From: an uncultured Chthonomonadaceae bacterium
GTDB taxonomy: Bacteria; Armatimonadota; Chthonomonadetes; Chthonomonadales; Chthonomonadaceae
Length of the DNA stretch: 64,000 nt
Assembly (NCBI GenBank): GCA_963817895.1
Contig: CAWFQB010000001.1
Coordinates: 1,440,001 to 1,504,000 of the forward strand
Direction of reading: 5' to 3'
Below the pieces are notes generated by a model that saw only the letters and a list, made by a program, of their open reading frames with translations, had not been told where the DNA came from and did not search any database. The translations under genes were made by a program, and so were the position numbers. Shown here one piece after another: positions 60,363-64,000 of this stretch (position 1 is its first letter; each line of letters opens with the position of its first letter).

Positions 60363-60917
60363 TATCGGTTCCTCTCCCTGCCTGCCGCCGCAACGTATTG
60401 CCCCAGATTCCTGACTTGCGCAAGGGAAATCGGCGCGTCGTTCAGTTCGACCGTCATAGCTTCGGAGATGCCGGAGGCAAGCGCGTCTTGCAGCACTTGC
60501 AGCAAAATACAGCCTGTCTCAGAGGCGACAATTGTCTGCTCCCCGCTCAACGCGCCCGGTTCCTGAAGATCGCTGACCCAAATATTGGCCTGCAACAGCG
60601 CCTGCTGAATACGAAAGCGATAAACACACTCGCTTACCTGAGCCTTCACCTCTCTGCACCACGTTTGACACTGCGCCAGCGTCAACAAACAGGGTTCGTT
60701 CGGGTTATCTAATGGAACGGTAATCGTTTCGCCGTTTTCCGGGTTCTGTTCGAGCGCGGAAGCGAGGTCAGCCTGTAGCAGGACGCACAGCAGCAGCAGC
60801 GCTTCCGCCTGATTCCTGCTGCGCGAACTTTGCGGGCAGGCCATCGGGATTTAGTTTGGCGATAGCGTTTGCAGAGCGGTGGATATTCTGCATGAGAATC
60901 GTTTCGGATGGCGGCAT
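60362..60917 (-). CDS. Hypothetical protein (probable frameshift near 60810)
   Basis: MPPSETILMQNIHRS... joins QAEALLLLCVLL... across a frame change. Confidence 0.5.
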
Positions 60918-60941
60918 CTTCTTGTCTCGCTTTCTGCTGTA

Positions 60942-61008
60942 CCTCACCCCGGGCGTCCATTTATGGACACCCTCTCCTGACGGCTCGTTTTTCGTTAGGA
61001 GAGGGGCT
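60942..61008 (+). repeat. REP-like repeat, long form
   Basis: CCTCACCCCGGGCGTCCA...GGACACCCTCTCCT...AGGAGAGGGGCT. Confidence 0.8.
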
Positions 61009-61018
61009 AATGGCTGCA

Positions 61019-62113
61019 TCAGGGAACGTTGAAGCCGGTCAGCGGGTTGCCGTAAAAGGCGTCGGTTTTGTAGGTTGTCGGGACAGCCTTCAAATCGGCC
61101 CCCGGCAGGATCTTTACGGGCAGAATCATGCTCCATCCCGCCATGCCGTTGTTGGCGGCAATGCTGTTGTCCACTATTTTGCCGTCCGCGCCGACTGTAA
61201 ACGCGGTTGTTCGCGCCAGTTGGCCTTTCACCAGCACTTTGATCTCGTAACTGCCCGGATTCTTGTCCAACAGGAACATGTTGGGGTGCTGACTCGCGCT
61301 GATCATACGGTTGGTGAGCGCGACGTTGTTGAAGCTGTAGGTATAGGCCATCCAGCGCGGATTGGGCGCGTCGCTCGGCGTAATCAGGGAGAAGTGGGCA
61401 TACGCGCCGCCCTGCTCGGAATTGGCGGTACTGGAAATCGTCTTGCCGTTGTAGAAGAGATAGGCGGCGGTCTGTTCCTGTTTGATGTCGCCGCGCAGCC
61501 ACATCATCGTTTTTAACTGCGGCACATCTTCGTTCGGGTCCGGGTTCCAGAACAGGTAGCCGATGGGCAGCAGCCAGTCATGCTCGACATAGAACTCGTT
61601 CTGCGCCTTGTTCGCGGGCAAATCCGGGCCGACATGGAACTTATTGACCGTGAACTTGCCGTTATACAGCGTTTTGGTCGTGCCGGCGAGGGGGTTCTTC
61701 AGGGTGATTTTGAAAGTGAAGGTTCCTGTCGCCGTCGTGGTGTGGCGTTCCGCGTCGGGCGTGGAATCGTTGGGGTTGGTAACGTTGACCGTTTGCCCGG
61801 CGGGAATTTCTTTGATGGGCAGGGGCATGGACAGCCACGCGCTGCCATCGGGTTTGGCGAACGAGATGCTGAGTTGGCTGCCGTCCGTCAGCGGCCCTGC
61901 CACCTGAAAGCTGAAGCGCGGTCGCCAACTCCAGCTATTGTAAACCGGTTCTTTGGCGGTCGGGGTGGCGAAGTAGCGCAGATAGCGCGTCACCATGATG
62001 TTCAGCGTAGGCTTCACGATGTGGGGTTCGGCGTCTTCGGCAGCATGGGCGCGGGGCGCAAGCGCGGCAAGGGACAGCAGAGCAAAAAGCAATCCAAATG
62101 GTCGAGTTTTCAC
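61019..62113 (-). CDS. Secreted beta-rich hypothetical protein
   Basis: RBS GGAGG, GTG start, signal peptide ending AHA; two similar beta-sandwich halves. Confidence 0.8.
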   Translation of the reverse strand: MKTRPFGLLFALLSLAALAPRAHAAEDAEPHIVKPTLNIMVTRYLRYFATPTAKEPVYNSWSWRPRFSFQVAGPLTDGSQLSISFAKPDGSAWLSMPLPIKEIPAGQTVNVTNPNDSTPDAERHTTTATGTFTFKITLKNPLAGTTKTLYNGKFTVNKFHVGPDLPANKAQNEFYVEHDWLLPIGYLFWNPDPNEDVPQLKTMMWLRGDIKQEQTAAYLFYNGKTISSTANSEQGGAYAHFSLITPSDAPNPRWMAYTYSFNNVALTNRMISASQHPNMFLLDKNPGSYEIKVLVKGQLARTTAFTVGADGKIVDNSIAANNGMAGWSMILPVKILPGADLKAVPTTYKTDAFYGNPLTGFNVP

Positions 62114-62237
62114 GATTTCCTCCAGAGATTTCGCGCCGGTGCAGCGCGTTGACAACAGGAGGATACACTTCTACCGTGACAGCATCGTAATTCTATCGTG
62201 ATATTTTACAGACCGTGGCGGATTTTTCAAAAACGGG

Positions 62238-64000
62238 TTAGTCTGTTAAATCCAGCGCGTGTTCCAAAGTTAGTACCTGCCCCTTCTCCCATGCCTGCCG
62301 GAAACGCTCTTCTCCCAATGTTTCGCGGACGGCGGCAAGTGTCTGCTCGTAATGCGGACGCTGCGAGGGGCGGACAGGATTGGAAATCTCGCGGCGCAGG
62401 GTGTCCGCCGCGCCGAGCATTTGGGCGGCAGCATAAAACTGTTCTTCCGAGCGGGCTAGACCGGCGCAGGCTTCCAGCGACGCGGCGAGGCCGGATTTGT
62501 CGCCCACTTCCCGCAGTATCGCTATGCTTTGCAACACGTAAGCGCGGGCCGCTTTTTCGTCCCCGCGCAGTCGGGCCAGTTCTCCCAAATGCGACAGCGC
62601 TTCCGCCATGCTGCCTTTGTCCCCGATTTCGCCCGCAACGGTCAGGCTCTCCTCGTGCAGGCAACGCGCTTCTTCCCGCTCGCCAAGAAACGCCTTTACG
62701 GTTCCAAGATGATTTAGCGACAGGGCAATGCTCTCTTTGTCGTTGAGTTCGCGCCGCATGGCAAGGCTTTCGGTGTGCAATTCGCAGGCGCGCGCATAGT
62801 CGCCCTGTTCGCGGACAGCCCGCCCCAGATAGTCCAGCGCGGCGGCGATACCGCGCCGGTCGCCCAGTGTCCGCCGCGCTTCCAGACACTCGCCATAATG
62901 AGCGCAGGCAAGGGCGTACTCGCCCTGCGCGTATACGACATTGCCCAGATTTGCCAGCACGACAGACACGCCGGAGGCGTTTTTCAGGGCGCGATACAGG
63001 CTTAAACACTCCTCATAACAGGTTTGCGCCTCGTGGTAGCTTCCCTGTTCCATCAGAATCGCGCCCAATGTGTTCAGCGCCCTTGCCATCCCCGGCCTAT
63101 CTTCCAACTGACGCAGCAATGCCAGAGCTTCGCGCGCCAGTTCCCTGCCCTCATCGTAACTGCCCAGAGATAGTTTCATCAGCGCATGGCAGTTGAGCGC
63201 GTCGGCCCGTATTTGCCTCCTGTCGCCACTGTCTGCCGTTGCGCCTGCGCCCCTATCCGCTTCCAATGCTGCGCCGATGATTGTATCCGATTGCTTCCCG
63301 TCCTTATCCTTCGACAAGGCGCTGTGCAGCCACTCATTGCCCTCTCGCGCCAGCCCCCGCGTCATCCAGAAACCGCACAATCGCGCAGACATTTGCAGGG
63401 CGGTTTCCACATCGTTTTGGAGCGCCCATTCCATTGCCGCCCGGAGATTGTCATATTCCGCTTCCAGCCGGTCGAACCACATTTTTTCGTTCGGAGTACG
63501 CTGTTGGGCCTGCGCTTCGCCGGCAAGCGAGAGAAAGTATTCGGCGTGGGATTGCGACAGCGCAAACTGCTCTTCCTCTTCCAACTGCTCCGCGCCGAAT
63601 TCTCGCAGGGATTCCAGCAGCCGGTAACGCATGGCCGCGCCCCGTTCCTCGGACACAACAAAAGAGCGTTCCTGCAAAACCGCAAGCCCGTCCAGCACAT
63701 CCGAAGGAGAAAGGGGAAAGGAGAAAGGAGAAAGTAACTGCAATCCTGCTTTTTCCTTTTTCCTTTCTCCTTTTTCCTCACAAAACGCTTCTGCCGCTTC
63801 CAGCGTCCAGCCGCCGCGAAATACGGACAGGCGGGCGTACAATCGCTGTAACCGGGGAGGAAGCAGTTGATAACTGCCCTCCAACGCCGCCTGCAGACTC
63901 TGGTGGCGCTGCGGAACATCCTTGCGGCGACTGACCAGCAGATCGAAACGGCGCGATAAACGCTGAAGTATCTGTTCCGGCGCGAGCGTGGCCGCCCATG
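62238..64000 (-). CDS. STAND-type ATPase - TPR protein, C-terminal part (runs off the window edge)
   Basis: Frame open to the edge (RFDLL...RHQSL), LSVFRGGWTLEAAE, RYRLLESLREF, EYDNLRAA, TPRs; paralog of 14409-17158. Confidence 0.88.
   Translation of the reverse strand, partial: WAATLAPEQILQRLSRRFDLLVSRRKDVPQRHQSLQAALEGSYQLLPPRLQRLYARLSVFRGGWTLEAAEAFCEEKGERKKEKAGLQLLSPFSFPLSPSDVLDGLAVLQERSFVVSEERGAAMRYRLLESLREFGAEQLEEEEQFALSQSHAEYFLSLAGEAQAQQRTPNEKMWFDRLEAEYDNLRAAMEWALQNDVETALQMSARLCGFWMTRGLAREGNEWLHSALSKDKDGKQSDTIIGAALEADRGAGATADSGDRRQIRADALNCHALMKLSLGSYDEGRELAREALALLRQLEDRPGMARALNTLGAILMEQGSYHEAQTCYEECLSLYRALKNASGVSVVLANLGNVVYAQGEYALACAHYGECLEARRTLGDRRGIAAALDYLGRAVREQGDYARACELHTESLAMRRELNDKESIALSLNHLGTVKAFLGEREEARCLHEESLTVAGEIGDKGSMAEALSHLGELARLRGDEKAARAYVLQSIAILREVGDKSGLAASLEACAGLARSEEQFYAAAQMLGAADTLRREISNPVRPSQRPHYEQTLAAVRETLGEERFRQAWEKGQVLTLEHALDLTD

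Overview
GC-rich bacterial chromosomal window. The PEP-CTERM protein, the gene content and the abundant 7-9-mer tandem repeats suggest an Armatimonadota-like organism (inference only). Many genes carry single-base indels, which are most simply explained as unpolished long-read errors. The housekeeping backbone comprises a peptide ABC transporter, DUF47-pit-phoU, mrp, rimI, tsaD, iorAB-like molybdoenzyme, metF, dtd, dacB and an osmoprotectant ABC transporter. Small accessory inserts interrupt this backbone. (1) An orphan mini-CRISPR (leader, 37-bp repeat, 36-bp spacer, diverged but hairpin-compensated second repeat) ends 4 nt before an HTH/PIN toxin-antitoxin-like operon, next to a restriction-modification cluster; no cas genes lie in the window. 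(2) A two-gene HExxH-peptidase cassette has integrated with a 121-bp duplication of an MFS gene 3' end. (3) A cNMP-binding membrane protein is paired with an atypical class III cyclase-NTPase-TPR gene. (4) A cyclase-STAND-TPR plus Ig-like gene pair separates rimI from tsaD. (5) A UDG-like plus Mrr-N-like gene pair lies beside an IS. (6) An internally deleted IS200/IS605 tnpB element has inserted without changing its host protein and abuts an intact IS982-family element. Other features are a candidate ~200-nt stand-alone structured ncRNA, a structured 5' leader, a MITE, REP-like repeats, and paired inverted tandem heptamer/octamer repeats inside and between genes. No rRNA or tRNA genes were recognised.
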